This document shows positions 1-12,172 of a stretch of 27,762 nt of DNA, one piece after another. The notes under the pieces are model-generated. The model did no database searches and was not told where the DNA came from. It was given only the letters and a program-made list of their open reading frames with translations. Position 1 is the first letter of the stretch. Each line of letters starts with the position of its first letter. The DNA comes from Mesotaenium endlicherianum (taxonomy: Eukaryota), in the NCBI GenBank assembly GCA_009602735.1, contig WELA01002449.1, forward strand, positions 183,818-211,579, written 5' to 3'. The position numbers were made by a program, and so were the translations under genes.

Positions 1-952
1 TCTGAACACAATAAAGGTGGGAGGAGACAGTAGGTGCATGTGACACGAGACGCGGAAGAAGATGACCTGAGAATGCATCCAACGCACAAGCGCGGAGACC
101 GAGAATACTCCTTGCGGGAAGAGGCGTCTGAGGCGGGCAAGCTGGGTAGCTGCTGTGGGGTCGTGCCTGAAGTGACGACGCGCTCGGCTGAACCTCAACA
201 CTCCTCCCACTCCGCCACCTGGCGGGCCTGGCGAGTGCATGAGCACGGGTTTACGAGCTTACCAAAGCATGCGTGTGCACGCGCACGGCACCTGCCGTCC
301 CTTGGGAAGCCTGCACCCTAGCAACTGCTCGCGGACACGCATGCACGCTCGCATGTGCGTGCGCAGGAGATCGTACGTGAAATGGAAAGCGCCGCCCGGG
401 CTGGCCGAGCATGATGCGGGCGCTGCAAGTGCCCCTCGCCGGACGGGCTGCTGCTCCATTCCTGTGCAGGCTGCGCACACTCCCATACATGCGTCCACGG
501 GTCCTCGGGCTGTCAGGTCCTAGTGCACGATGTCTGTTCCTGCTGGCAGCAGCTGCTGTGTGCGCGCGCTGTCGGCCGACACGTTCTTGCGCCCACTGGC
601 TTGTTGGAGATGTTGCTCTGGGCCACTTAAGCTTGACGCCTAACCGAAGTAAGGTGTTCCACTCTATCCCCTGAACACTCTCATTTCCGGCTCTCTAACA
701 CGCACGCGTCATGCCACCTGGCCCCGTACCCAGAGCTTACTCACACTCTGCGTGCTTCTGTGATGCCTCTGCGGCTGTCACTCGACACTCGGCATGCCAA
801 GTGGCAGGCTTAGGGCTGTCTGCGTCCGTGGCACAGTTGCCGGACCATGCTGAGGCCCAGGATGACACGCGGCAGTCTCGTATCTCTCCTCTCCATAAAT
901 GTTTCTCCTGTGTTGCGCCCTTCTCTGAATCCCCCCTGCTGTACTCCCGCAG

Positions 953-1112
953 ACATCTGCTCGCTGAGGGCGGACGTGGAAAGGCTGGCGTTTTCGGTCG
1001 TCTGGGAGATGAACGCGCTGGCGGAGGTGGTGTCGGCGCGCTTCACCAAGAGCGTCATCAAGTCGAGCGCGGCGCTGTCCTACGCAGAGGCGCAGGCGCG
1101 CATGGACGACAG
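953..1112 (+). CDS. DIS3: DIS3/RRP44 exosome exoribonuclease, first exon in window (RNB domain); gene start lies upstream of the window
   Basis: ag|ACATC...GACAG|gt. Encodes DICSLRADVERLAFSVVWEM...TKSVIKSSAALSYAEAQARMDD, matching plant RRP44 as recalled. The phases of all 11 exons join into one frame. Confidence 0.95.
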
Positions 1113-1796
1113 GTGTCACTCCCTCCCACTCTCTCCCTCCTTCCCTCCCTCCTTCCTGCCGCCCCACTTGCCCTTCCTCCCTCCCTTGCTCGCTCGCTCG
1201 CTTGCACTCTCTCTCCCTTCCTCTCCCTCTGTCTGCCCCCCTGTGCTGACCATGTGACATTTGCTACGTCTTGTTGCTCAGTTTTCTTGATGAAGCGCAG
1301 ACAGGGCCGGTAGAGGGAGGGAGCTTCTCACGCTCTTCCCCGTCTGATATGGACCAGATTTCACAATTGAGGGGCACTCTGCCTCTGCTCCGCTCTGAAA
1401 GTGATCAATCGCGCCCATAAGGAGGAAGCCATGCGGACAACACCGAAACCTTCAGATCTCGAATTTGACACTCAAAACCAGAACCCAACTCTAACCCGAA
1501 TCTCAGTGTTGACTTACTAACCGCCCCTTTTTGGAGTCTGGAGGTGCATTGGCGTTTTAGCAATGCCCCCAAGCCCAGAGCTTCGGCTCTGCCCTCCCTT
1601 GAGCTCCTCAAGTTGGTCTGTCTTAAGTCACTTGATAAATGGCACCTCCTCCTCCTTATATTGGGCGGGCCCCCTGCCGGGGTGAAACAGAGTTACGGGG
1701 GAAGATGTGGGTGTTGACGCGCGTGCCTGTGCTTGTGCTGCTGCTGCTGGTGGTGGTGGTGGTGCTGGTGGGGTTGCGGGAGCGCGTGGGGGGCAG

Positions 1797-1851
1797 CCGG
1801 CTGTCGGACGGCATCACGACCGACCTGCGCAACATGAACCGCCTTGCCAAG
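1797..1851 (+). CDS. DIS3: DIS3/RRP44 exon
   Basis: Encodes (S)RLSDGITTDLRNMNRLAK; ag and gt boundaries; phase consistent. Confidence 0.93.
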
Positions 1852-2192
1852 GTGCTGCTGCTGCTGCCCCTGCTGCTGCATCCTCAGCTCCTGCTGTAGT
1901 GCTTGGCCACCTGCACACCCACTCGCTTGCTCGCCTGCCTGTCCAACTTTCCTGCGTGCACCTATTCTTTCTTTCTCTCAGTGTGCGTATTTGTGTCTCT
2001 GTGTGTCTGCCTGCGTACCTGTGTGTGTGCGTGTTGGGGGGGGGGGGGGGGGGGGGCATATTTGCGCCAGATTGGTAGGGAGATGCATGCGTGCATGCTT
2101 GCTCCCTCCCTCGCTCTCATACATGTGGGTATGTCTGTCTGTGTGCGCGCGTGCACACATGCGTGGGCGGGTGTTGTGTGACATATCCGCAG

Positions 2193-2292
2193 ATGATGAG
2201 GCAGCGCAGAATAGAGAGAGGAGCCCTCACTCTGGCGTCGCCGGAGGTGAAGTTTGAGATCGACACTGAGACGCACGACCCCCTTGATGTCG
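2193..2292 (+). CDS. DIS3: DIS3/RRP44 exon
   Basis: Encodes MMRQRRIERGALTLASPEVKFEIDTETHDPLDV(G); ag and gt boundaries. Confidence 0.95.
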
Positions 2293-2353
2293 GTACGTGC
2301 GCGTGTGCTTGTCTGCCCCTGTGCTCTGTGGCCGACCGCTTGTGTGTGCGTGC

Positions 2354-2394
<41 letters not shown>

Positions 2395-2702
2395 CGCTTG
2401 CGCGAGTTTGCCCCAGCGATTCAGCCAGTCAATGGCCACCATGCCTCGCAGCCAACCTTGAACCTCTCAAAGCTCTTGTGCCTAAGACCCCTGGTTTCCT
2501 CCGAGACCTCTGATCACCCCAGAGGCCACCTGGCGCTTGCACAGTTGCCGGCCTCCCCAGCAGCGTCTGGCCGCCACCAGTGTGCCTGGCACTCCTCGGC
2601 CGCCCGCGGCCCTTCCTCTCGCCCTCCCTCCCTCCTTCTCTCTACGTGATATCTGCATGCTCCGCGTGCTCACGCGCGCACGCGACACCTGGCGCCGCGC
2701 AG

Positions 2703-2814
2703 GGATGTACATGGTGAGGGAGGCGAATCAGATGGTGGAGGAGTTCATGCTGGCCGCCAACATGTCCATCGCCGAGAACATCCTCACCCACTTCCCCATG
2801 TTCTCCCTCCTCAG
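2703..2814 (+). CDS. DIS3: DIS3/RRP44 exon, followed by a GC donor
   Basis: Encodes (G)MYMVREANQMVEEFMLAANMSIAENILTHFPMFSLL(R), containing the RNB motif VEEFMLAAN. Donor is AG|gcaacc. Confidence 0.93.
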
Positions 2815-3654
2815 GCAACCCCTCCCGCCCCTTCCCCCACCCCACTCGCCCGCCCCCNNNNNNNNNNNCCCCCACCCCACTCGCCCGCCCCCCTGCAGTC
2901 CCCAATCTCCACCTCACACTCTTTCAACCCCCGCTCAGTATGTTCCCGCTCCAGTTTCAATATCGGTGTATGTTTTGTCTTGCAGACCCTTCCAAGAAAC
3001 TTTCTTTCTCTATCTCTGGAGAGGTTAGAGTCGAGCACCCAAGGATCCTACTCCTTGGCACGACTTGGGGGAGCCTGGAGCTCCCGTCCTTCAGAATGAG
3101 TCATGCTCTCTGAGCATCCTTCTTCCTGTGTGTGTGCGTCGCTGGCTGCTGCCTGCGATATAACCTGAGTCCATCTGCCTGTACCTCCCTTCTCTCCGCT
3201 TTCGACGTCCTCTTTGCATCCCTCGCGTGCGCTAGGTATCTCTGCAATTTTGAGCACCATATGCCGCCTTACTCCCGGAGATTCGGTCGCTAGCTTTGCC
3301 CTCGGGAAGGAAGGAAGCTGGCACGTCTGTGCCCGTGTCAGCGCCAGGAAGCCCCTCAGTTAGCGGCACTGGGCCTGACAGCTGGCAGCAAGAGGGCCAA
3401 CAGCTGGCGATGTGAACAGAAAGGTTGACAGCTGGCAGCCAGAAGCGTGAGCTGGAAGCCGCCGCCGCCCAACTCTTCTCCACAGCCTTGGCTCTGGCCC
3501 CACCGACGCCGGTCGGCCCATGGGCTGGGGTGATGCAAACCGTGTTGATGCACGGCTTGGACGCGGCACTGACACCTGGCAAGCTCCTGTGGGCGACCGG
3601 CTGGCTGACCGGCTGGCTGCTGGCTGGCTGGTTGGCTGGCTGACTGACGTGCAG

Positions 3655-3775
3655 GCGCCACCCGGCCCCGACGCCGAAGATGTTTGAGCCGCTGCTGCGG
3701 ACGGCGGCGGCCGTGGGCGCGCACCTGGACACGTCCTCCTCCAAGGCCCTGGCCGACTCGCTCGACCTCGCTGTG
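3655..3775 (+). CDS. DIS3: DIS3/RRP44 exon
   Basis: Encodes (R)RHPAPTPKMFEPLLRTAAAVGAHLDTSSSKALADSLDLAV; ag and gt boundaries. Confidence 0.95.
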
Positions 3776-4307
3776 GTCCGCCCTCTCCCTCTGTGCCTCT
3801 CTCTCTCCCCCTCTGCCTCTCCCTCTCCCTCTGCCTTTTCCTTCTGCCTGCCCCTCTTCGTCAGTGTCCCCCTCTTTCTCTTTCTTTTTTTCCTCTTCTC
3901 TTCACTCCTGGTCTCTTCTTCGCAGCCCTCACTCCTCCGCCGCCTTCGCTCCCCTGTCTCCTGGTCTGCACCCGCACCTGGGTCTTTTTCCGCACGTTCA
4001 TGAGCATCTACATCTACCTTCGCATTTGCCTCTGCCTCTGCCTCTGCCTCTGCCTCCTTGTTGGCCTCTGTCCCTTCCTCTGCCTGTGCCCCTGCGCGAG
4101 CACCATCGTGCTCCTCCATGCCGGCCCTCCTCTCGACAGAGCTTCATCAGCATGCTGCGTGCTGCGCCTTGCTGGCCCGCTATGTCCTCTCTGCAGGATA
4201 ACAAGGGGGGGGAAAGGGGGAAGGGAGGGGGGACATGCGCCAGTGCCCCAATGAGACTGAAACTGAAACGGGGTGCGGGGCATGTGCAACTCGGGGGGGG
4301 GCTGCAG

Positions 4308-4367
4308 GGCGAGGACCCGTACTTCAACAAGCTCATCCGCATCCTGGCCACGCGCTGCATGACCCAG
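4308..4367 (+). CDS. DIS3: DIS3/RRP44 exon
   Basis: Encodes GEDPYFNKLIRILATRCMTQ; ag and gt boundaries. Confidence 0.95.
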
Positions 4368-5224
4368 GTGGGCGCGCGCGTGCCAGCTGCTTGCCCACCT
4401 GGTGCTGACTGCTGACTGCTGGTGCTGGCTGGCTGGCTGGCCGGCCGGCTGGAAGTGCTGCCAGGGCCATGCCTGGCTGGCTGAGCCACTAGCTTGCCTC
4501 CCTCCTCCCCCCTTTCCTCGCACACCCACTCACAAAATATGCACACTCACACACACGTACACACACACACACATACACGCACGCGCGCCCTATCTCTGGG
4601 CTCTTTGTGGGGAGCCAGCCTAGCCAAGCCTTTCCCAGGTCAGGCTGGGCTGGGCTGGGCTGGGCTGGCTGCCAGCAGTGGGCCCTTGTGGGCATGTGCC
4701 TGCCTCGACGTGCGGCTGTGCATGCGCGCGTGCCTCCCTCCCTCCCTCTGTCCCTCCCTCCCTGCCTGCTTGCGTCCTCACGCGCTAGCTGGCTGCTTTT
4801 CGTGTTGCTGTGGGTCACAGGCAGCCCACTCTCCTAATCAATACCACGATGCCACCCCCCCAGTTGATACCAGCCCTCCCCCCCAAGTGAGTGAATACAC
4901 AAAGAAAATGATGTGCGGAGGGGCCCTTGTCCTGTCACTCAGAGCAGTGCTGCCAGGGCATGAAGCGGAATGGATTGGCATTCGCTCGGCCCACACAAAA
5001 CGTGCGGAGCCCCAACGGCCGAGCGGCCAACCGTTCAAGTGTCCTGTGGACGCTGCTGTCAGCCCCGGTCGAAGAGACCGACTGCGGGGATGGAGCGCGG
5101 GAGTTGTGTCTGGCGCTGATGCTTCTCCGAGTGTGCGCGTGCGTGTGCGTGCGTGTGCGTGTGTGTGTGTGCATGCGTGCATGTATGTGTAATGTGCGTG
5201 CGCATGATGTGAGTGAGGGGGCAG

Positions 5225-5330
5225 GCGGTGTACTTTGCCAGCGGGGCGCTGAGTGTGCCGGAGTACCACCACTATGGGCTGGCGGCGCCCCTCTACACGC
5301 ACTTCACCTCGCCCATCCGCCGATATGCTG
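5225..5330 (+). CDS. DIS3: DIS3/RRP44 exon carrying the RNase II family signature
   Basis: Encodes [35 protein letters not shown](D); HFTSPIRRY is the RNB signature. Confidence 0.97.
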
Positions 5331-5343
5331 GTACTCCTGCGCC

Positions 5344-5374
<31 letters not shown>

Positions 5375-5957
5375 AGTCTGCTCGTACTGCTGCTGCTGCT
5401 CCCGCTGCTACAGTTTTGGCTGCTGCCGGTGGTGCTGCTGCGAGCTCTGTTGTTGCTACTGCTGCCTATCCTGCTGCTGCTGGTGGGCAGCTGCTGTTAA
5501 GCCACGAACCCCCCATAGCCACAGCCTCCAGGGCTACCTCCCCGTGCTTGCGCTGCGCCCTTCTGTTACGCCCCTCTTGTGCCAACTGAACTTCGCTCGA
5601 TCACTTGCTCTCTCGCTCTCCTCCCCTTCCTCTTCCTTGCAATTTCACCCTTCCTCCTTCCCTCCCTCCCTCCATCCATCCATCCATTCACTCTTCTGCC
5701 CCCTGGTGACGAACAATTCTTCCTTTGCCCCCTCTTCCTTCCGTGTTGCTTCCCTGCTGTCCTGTCTGGTGAAGTAGACGAGAGGGTTGGCTCGTGCTGG
5801 AGAGGGCGTGTAAATTTGTGAGGGCCTCTTCGCCAAGTCAGGCCGTCCTCAATCTCAGACGCCAGTTGCCGGGGGAGCAATTTGTACTAATGGTGCACGT
5901 GCTGGTGCTGGTGTTGGTGCTTCTTGCCCTTGGTTCTCTTTTGAGGGGGGGGGGCAG

Positions 5958-6053
5958 ATGTGCTGGTGCACCGGCTGCTGGCAGCATCGCTGGCGCTGAC
6001 GCCCGTGCCGTCGCAGATGAAGGACAAGTCGGCGCTCAACGCCGTCACCGACA
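5958..6053 (+). CDS. DIS3: DIS3/RRP44 exon
   Basis: Encodes (D)VLVHRLLAASLALTPVPSQMKDKSALNAVTD(N); ag acceptor and gtgag donor. Confidence 0.94.
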
Positions 6054-6316
6054 GTGAGCTTGCTCTCCATAGCCCTCTGCTCCTCAGGGCTGGTGCTACT
6101 GCTGCCACTGCCACTGCCGTTGCTGGTGCTGGTGCTGGTGCTGCCGCTGCCACTGCCGCTGATGACGCTGCTGCTGCCACTGCCGCTGCTGCTGCTGCTG
6201 CTGCTGGTGCTTGTGCTGGTGCTTCTGGTGCTGCTGCTGTACAAGAAAAAGGGTGTTTGTAGGCAGGAGTTGAGGGGAAGAACTCTTCCTGCCATGAGGG
6301 CCTGGGGGGGGAGCAG

Positions 6317-6398
6317 ATCTGAACTACCGGCACAGAAACGCGCAGATGGCGGGCCGGGCATCAGTGGAGCTGCACACGCTCATCTTCTTCCGCACAAG
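6317..6398 (+). CDS. DIS3: DIS3/RRP44 exon
   Basis: Encodes (N)LNYRHRNAQMAGRASVELHTLIFFRT(R); ag and gt boundaries. Confidence 0.95.
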
Positions 6399-7242
6399 GT
6401 CTCGCTCCCCCCCCCCCCCTCGTCAGCCTGCTTCTTACACCCATCATCCTGCACGCTCCCGCCCTCCTCTCCTCTCTATCTTCTATGTTCTGCCGCTGCA
6501 ATCGCATTCTTGCCTGCATGCACATATGCACGACGCTTGCCTAGAGCCGCGGTAGGTGCTTTCACCCAACGAGGTCTTGCAGAGGCACCTGCTGGCGCGC
6601 AGTGCGCACGCACGTCCACCCGCCTGGCAGCACCTGGTGCGGTGGCAGAGATGCACGCACAGTCACCCCCTGCCCACGCAGGAGACGAAGAACAAGCAGA
6701 AGTCAATCCAGTACACGCGTATGCCAGGGCGCATGCTGTCAATTCCCCGGCAGGCTCAACATATTCGTGGAGGAAGCGCGCGTGTGTGGAGATGCTGTGA
6801 TTGGTGCTGGGGGCCCAATTGCCTCGTTAGGCCGCCTGTTCCAGGAGCGCAGAAGAGAGAGGGGGACAGTCGCAGGCCTTCCTTCGCTCGTGTTTGCGGT
6901 CTATCCTTCTGCTGCCACCAACTAGCCAGGCCTATGACGCGCTGCGGCGAGAGGGGGGGCACCGTCACATTTGGACTCTTAAGTCACCCAATTCCTCTCG
7001 CCTGTACAAAGGCTTCCATAAGAAAAGGCTTGCGAGTTCATTGAGGATCGCTTTTGTCCAATCTTAGGCCTTGCGCACGGACTTTGCGTGGCCCTTGGTC
7101 CTCTCTCCCTGCGTCCTGCCCCGGAGCTTACGTTGCGTGGACGGCGTTGTGCGGGGTGTGGGGGATGGGGGGGTGTTGGGGACCGGGGGCCGGGGCGTGT
7201 GTGCGCACGCGCAAACGTGCACGTGTATGCACGCTGAGACAG

Positions 7243-7308
7243 GCCCACGGATGCGGAGGCGCGCGTCGTCATGGTGCGCTCCAACGGCTTCATCGTCTTC
7301 GTCCCCAA
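7243..7308 (+). CDS. DIS3: DIS3/RRP44 exon (start of S1 domain)
   Basis: Encodes (R)PTDAEARVVMVRSNGFIVFVP(K); ag acceptor and gtgagt donor. Confidence 0.94.
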
Positions 7309-8451
7309 GTGAGTGCGGGACAGGCAGACACACACAGCCACACGCACAGACACACACACACACACACAGACAGACAGACAGACAGGCAGGCAGGCAGGCA
7401 GGCAGGCTGAGGGGCTCAGGGGGGTGGCAAAGGGTTTGGGGCAAGTTAGCAGTCCCGGGGCCGCCCTCTCCTTCTGCGTTTGCACTTGAACGCGCCAATC
7501 CGTCAGCTTCCTCCTTGATCCTGAGCCTTAACTCTTGTGTGAATGCTTCTTAAACTCTTGCATGAATGCTAAGTACAATCCCGACTATTATCTTGGCTCT
7601 CACGCTGGCTTTGAATTCGTTCTGCACTCAAGTCTGGGTTTGTCTCTGGCTTTGACTTTTGACTATTGCCCTGGCTATGGCGTTTAGGGCTTGCGAGACG
7701 CGTATTGTTCCACGCTGCGCGTGACCCTCGCCGTGGGGGCCTTTTGACGATGCCTGTGGTCAAAAGCGGAGCTATGCTGGTAATGTTGGTATCCAACAAC
7801 GAGAGTGGTGTGGGATGCGCTTTTTCTTCTTTCTCATTCTCTTCTCTTCTGGGGAGGCGTGAAGGGGGGGAGGGAGAGAGGGAGGGAGCGGGGGAGGGTG
7901 GGCTCTCGACGTCTGTGTGGTAGGTGAGTGGCAAAAGCTGATTGGAAATTGCGTGGCCTCCGTACCATCAGCTTCATCATGGCTCACTTGCCCTAGCAGT
8001 CCCACTTGGCGTGTGCATACAGTCCGGCAACTCCATAGCTTCTCGTGGAACGTGACCTAGGGCCTAGGTTCTAGGGCTAGGTTTTTGAGCTTGTTCCCTA
8101 TCAAGGGCATCTGCCGCGAGTTGTCTCGTGATGCTGAGCACGTGGAGGGTAGTGCCATGCGGGTGACACACAAGCGAGAGATGAAGCGCACTTCGAGCGC
8201 AAGGTGGGCTGGGCTGGCTGGAAAGGTTGATCACTGAGGTCGAGCAATGTGTCCCAAGAACCTCAGGGTAGGCGCTGGAGCCTTCCGGCCTCAGTGATAA
8301 GATTAGTGCAAGGAAAGTGTGAGGAGAATTCGTCAAGACATGACTTCCGCCATTGCTCACTTTCTCTACAGGAGTACGAGCGCTCACCATGGGGCCGCAA
8401 ATCTTTACAGAGTGTGCCGCATTCATTTGTTCTATTGATTGCATCTTGCAG

Positions 8452-8719
8452 GTTTGGCATCGAGGGGCCCGTCTACCTCGTTCCGAAAGACTCAAAGAAG
8501 AAGGGGGGCAAGGCCCCGGCGGCGGAGAAGATGGGAGCCGAGGGGGAGTGGAAGGTCGATGAGGAGCACCAGGTGGTCTCGTCTCTCGACGGGACGCGCA
8601 CGTACAAAGTGCTCGACATCGTCACCGTGCACATTGAGATCATTGAACCGCAACCCAATCGATTCAAGCTCGCCCTGACTCTCGTGCCGGGCGAGCGAAA
8701 CCCAGCAATCACGCTCTAG
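8452..8719 (+). CDS. DIS3: DIS3/RRP44 terminal coding exon (S1 domain)
   Basis: Encodes (K)FGIEGPVYL...WKVDEEHQ...HIEIIEPQPNRFKLALTLVPGERNPAITL, with TAG at 8717-8719. Confidence 0.95.
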
Positions 8720-9033
8720 TATTCGACTCTCTTAAGCGTCGTAGTGTGTGGGTGAGTGCGCGTGAGAAGGGATGCGTGGTGCTCAGTGGGCGTGTACCCG
8801 TTGGAGAGGGAGGTAGCATAGGCTTGTGGGAATGCAGCTACTGCGGTATGTCTACATGCCCTTACTAGTTGGCATGTTTTTGTGGGCTCAAATTGTTGCT
8901 GTATGTCCTTGTGCCTCTGAGGATGAAAAGAGCTATGTTGTGACCAATCCGTTGGATCAGTCAACGTCGATGTGAAGAAGATGCCAGGAGTTCACCTGCT
9001 GGCTTCTTTTGGGCGCACACTTTACTCAAGTGG

Positions 9034-9077
9034 CGGGATTAAGCTTTGAGCCACTCGGGATTAAGCTTCGAGCCACT
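9034..9077. repeat. 22-bp tandem duplication
   Basis: cgggattaagctttgagccact followed by cgggattaagcttcgagccact (1 mismatch). Confidence 0.85.
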
Positions 9078-11056
9078 GATTGTAATAGAAATTAATGCGA
9101 GGAGAACCGCGTTAATTTGCCAATTGCGCATGACCACATTGTGTTGAAGGGGTGGAATGTGTTGAACTAAATTTAACAGCTCTTGTCCAATCATGATCCA
9201 GTGGCAAGTTGGGCATATTGCAATGGGCAGCTTTGCATAATGGAAAATGAGAGAGAGAGAGGGAGGGAGAGCTAGAAGCTTGCATGCTAGTGTTGAACAA
9301 GAAAGGCAAGGGTTGTTGGTGAAGGTTTCAATTAAAGGCCATGTAGTTTTCAAAATTTTCGTAGTAGACTAGAGCCTGACAAACCCATATATTGCATATG
9401 AGAATTTGAACACACATGTTGGCGGCCACATGACATGTTGGAATTGTCACATGTAGAAGAGTCCTTGTTTTGCTCGTCAGTTTGCACATCATCGTATTTG
9501 TGTTCCTTCTAATATGTCTATCATCTCCAGTTCGTATTGAAAAAGGACGATACAATGGGCTTTGCAAATGTATACCTCAAGCTCTATTCTTCCTTGCTCT
9601 TTAAACATTTCCAAGTAATGTGAAAAGTTGTGATTTCCGCTCACATTTAAACCTCATTGAACCTTTTAAGTTTGAGCTTGTCATACTTACAAAAAAACCA
9701 CAATGTATAGGCATGGGTGATTCAAGCAACCAATTGTCTCGACTTAAAAGGACTTCACAAATGCCTATAAGGTTCTCTAGAAATAAAATAAATGGCTCCA
9801 CATGCCGCAAGTCTTACTAAGAGTAACGTAAGAGCTAAATAGTAGCAATACTTTGAGTTGTAATGTAATAAACTCTAGAAGTCTATTAATAATTAAAATG
9901 ATGACGTCTTCATCAAGCATGCGACATTACTAGTGTTCAACCTGCCACAAGAAAAATAAAAATAACTTAAATTCAATCACTAGCAGTGTGATTCAAGTAG
10001 CAGTGCAACATGCACTACCAGAGTGAACCTCTTCATTTTAATTTGAAGGGCCGGGGTGTTATTGCTTCTCCTGTTGAAAGGCTTTCATGATCCGCAACAT
10101 TAAGTGTAATGTATGGTCAATATAAATTCTGTTTGATTCAAAATTTGGCGTGGATGTGATAACATGGGCCATTGATTTTATCAATAGCAAAAGACCATAA
10201 ACTTGTGGGGCATTCTAATTATTTTAAAATTCAATGGAATAATCACAGGACTGAAGTTGAGCGCGCTTTCACATCACGCAAATCTAGTTTTCTTCAAAGT
10301 AAGAGTGATATACTATATGTATTCAAGTTAACCCACTCTCAAATTGATCGTGTGCAATTTAGCACTCCAACAAACAAATGTCATCTTAATTTGTCTCACC
10401 ATACGTGAAACAAGCATTTTTTATTAGTTGTTTGATCATCATACAAACTTACTTCTTGCTTCATTTTTGATTTAAGTGCATGTGCCAGTGTGTGGCTCAT
10501 TGAATTGAAGTTAACGTGACCATAAAATTGAAAAGAAAATATGGGGCAGTAAATGAACCCACAAACAACTTGAAATCAAAAACTACAAAATCACATATGT
10601 ATAGTTGCCCTCTTGCTCATATTAGCGCCTAAGTGCTCCCCGGGTAGGATATCTCTTGTCACAAAATGCTCAATCAATAGCAATCAAAGACCAAAGCACA
10701 TTAAAAAGGGCACAACAAATCATTTATTTAGGAACACCCGAACCTACTTGTGAAAAAATAAAAATGGTCTTTTACTCTCCGAGGGGCATGCATAGTCATA
10801 ATTTGGTGCCTTCTAGGGAGTATGCGATACGGTATTCACAAAGTACGGACAATCTTCCCATAATTGCATCATGGGTCAGGCAATGTCGTCTTTCAAGAGG
10901 CACAAAAAGTAGGCGATACACATAATAATATATACAAATAAATTTATTAGTCATTTCTGAAGCACACAAAGATGAAGTTTGAAAGAGCAATTTAAAGTGC
11001 TTCAAAATGGTCGTCTATTTGTTTTCACAAAGTCATCGGTATATGTGAATCTCCAT

Positions 11057-11843
11057 GAGGCACGCAAAGAAGTACTTAAAGACACTCAATGTATATTTTC
11101 TCCTGGGCTCCACATGCAAAGGTGCACATTTCAATAGTGAAGATTGTAAGAACACAAGATTCATCGCTCATTTAGAAACTATAAATTCCTTCTACAATTC
11201 AAGAAAGATGTTTATTCGGACAATTGTACATACAAGCGTAGTAAATTATTACGCAGAAAAACCAAAAATATGGCCTCCCCAAAGGCAGACTTGGGGGGGC
11301 ATGCACTATTATGTTTTGGAGTGCACGCAAAAGAAGGGGCACAATTTTAGGCAAGCCAAAATTTGCATAATCAAGGGGGCACAGGTAATATTGAGGGAAG
11401 AATAATACACAGTGCCTATGGGGCGTGCAAAGTATACTTTCTTGGAGCACGCAAATTGCAATTTCACGGGGGTCAGTGGAACTCCTAATATGGGGGACCA
11501 CTCGAGATGTTGTTTAAGGACGCACGAAAATTGCATAAATTTTTAGGTCCGGGAGTTTTAGAGGGCACGCAAAATGCTATTTTGTGGCGGGGAGAACGCA
11601 TTTCATTGCACCGGGACTCGAGGCACGCAAGATGCTCTTTAAGGGGGCACGCAAAATGTTGTAGGGGGCACGCAAAATACGCTAAGGTGCACGCACATAC
11701 GCACGCACGCACGCACACACCTAATTTGAATAGGAAGCGAAATGCTCATATTTATAGGGCACGACAAAATGAGTTTTACGGAACAAGCAAAATGAGACTT
11801 TACAGGAGAGGCAAAAGGCATGGTTGCAAGGCCACGCAAAAAT
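11057..11843 (+). repeat. Degenerate GGCACGCAAAATGCT array, left part
   Basis: More than 10 variants of (g)ggcacgcaa(a/g)atgct, e.g. near 11561, 11620, 11643, 11664 and 11830. Confidence 0.85.
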
Positions 11844-12068
11844 AAAAATTTGATAAAAATAAAAATTTGAAGTGCAGAATTGCTGAACTTCACACTCGGA
11901 CTAGTTCAAGATTTCAAGAAGTATAATCTCTAAGTTCTTAGAAGTCATCCTATTCTATTTCAATTCACTCGACGTAGTATTCTAGAGATTCACAGCAGCC
12001 ATGACAGCACTATATAGCTCACTGAAATACATGCTAGACTCATTGCAGTGCAAAATTATAGTTCTGCT
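11840..12068 (+). repeat. Split direct repeat A1 (left terminus)
   Basis: Near-identical to 20539-20753 over actagttcaagatttcaagaagtataatctctaagttcttagaa...cattgcagtgcaaaattatagt. A1 has an extra 18 bp at 11981-11998. Confidence 0.92.
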
Positions 12069-12172
12069 ATAATTTGCGCATGTTTTCTTTCATGTCTAGT
12101 AATCGATCACGAGCTATCCAACACAGAATTGAGCAGAATCAACACCTTTGTGCTCGTCTCCAGGCTCTCACT

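Noticed and set aside
1..952. Several 80-200 aa ORFs and a possible earlier DIS3 exon
   Set aside because: No match to the expected upstream RNB sequence (RIDMLP-like). Treated as intron; the ORFs are low-complexity.
2830..2895. Direct repeat ccccaccccactcgcccgccccc on both sides of the N run at 2858-2868
   Set aside because: Identical sequence flanking a gap is typical of an unmerged assembly overlap.
3232..4119. 295-aa minus-strand ORF
   Set aside because: Antisense to a DIS3 exon and to CT-rich microsatellites; E/A/K/R low complexity with no domain.
6054..6800. 248-aa ORF with a poly-Leu, membrane-like segment
   Set aside because: Produced by intronic (CTG)n repeats and overlaps a DIS3 exon out of frame.
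9080..11050. AT-rich block as a possible additional transposon or gene
   Set aside because: I found no terminal repeats, TSD or protein motif; the short ORFs look random. A repeat-library search would be needed.
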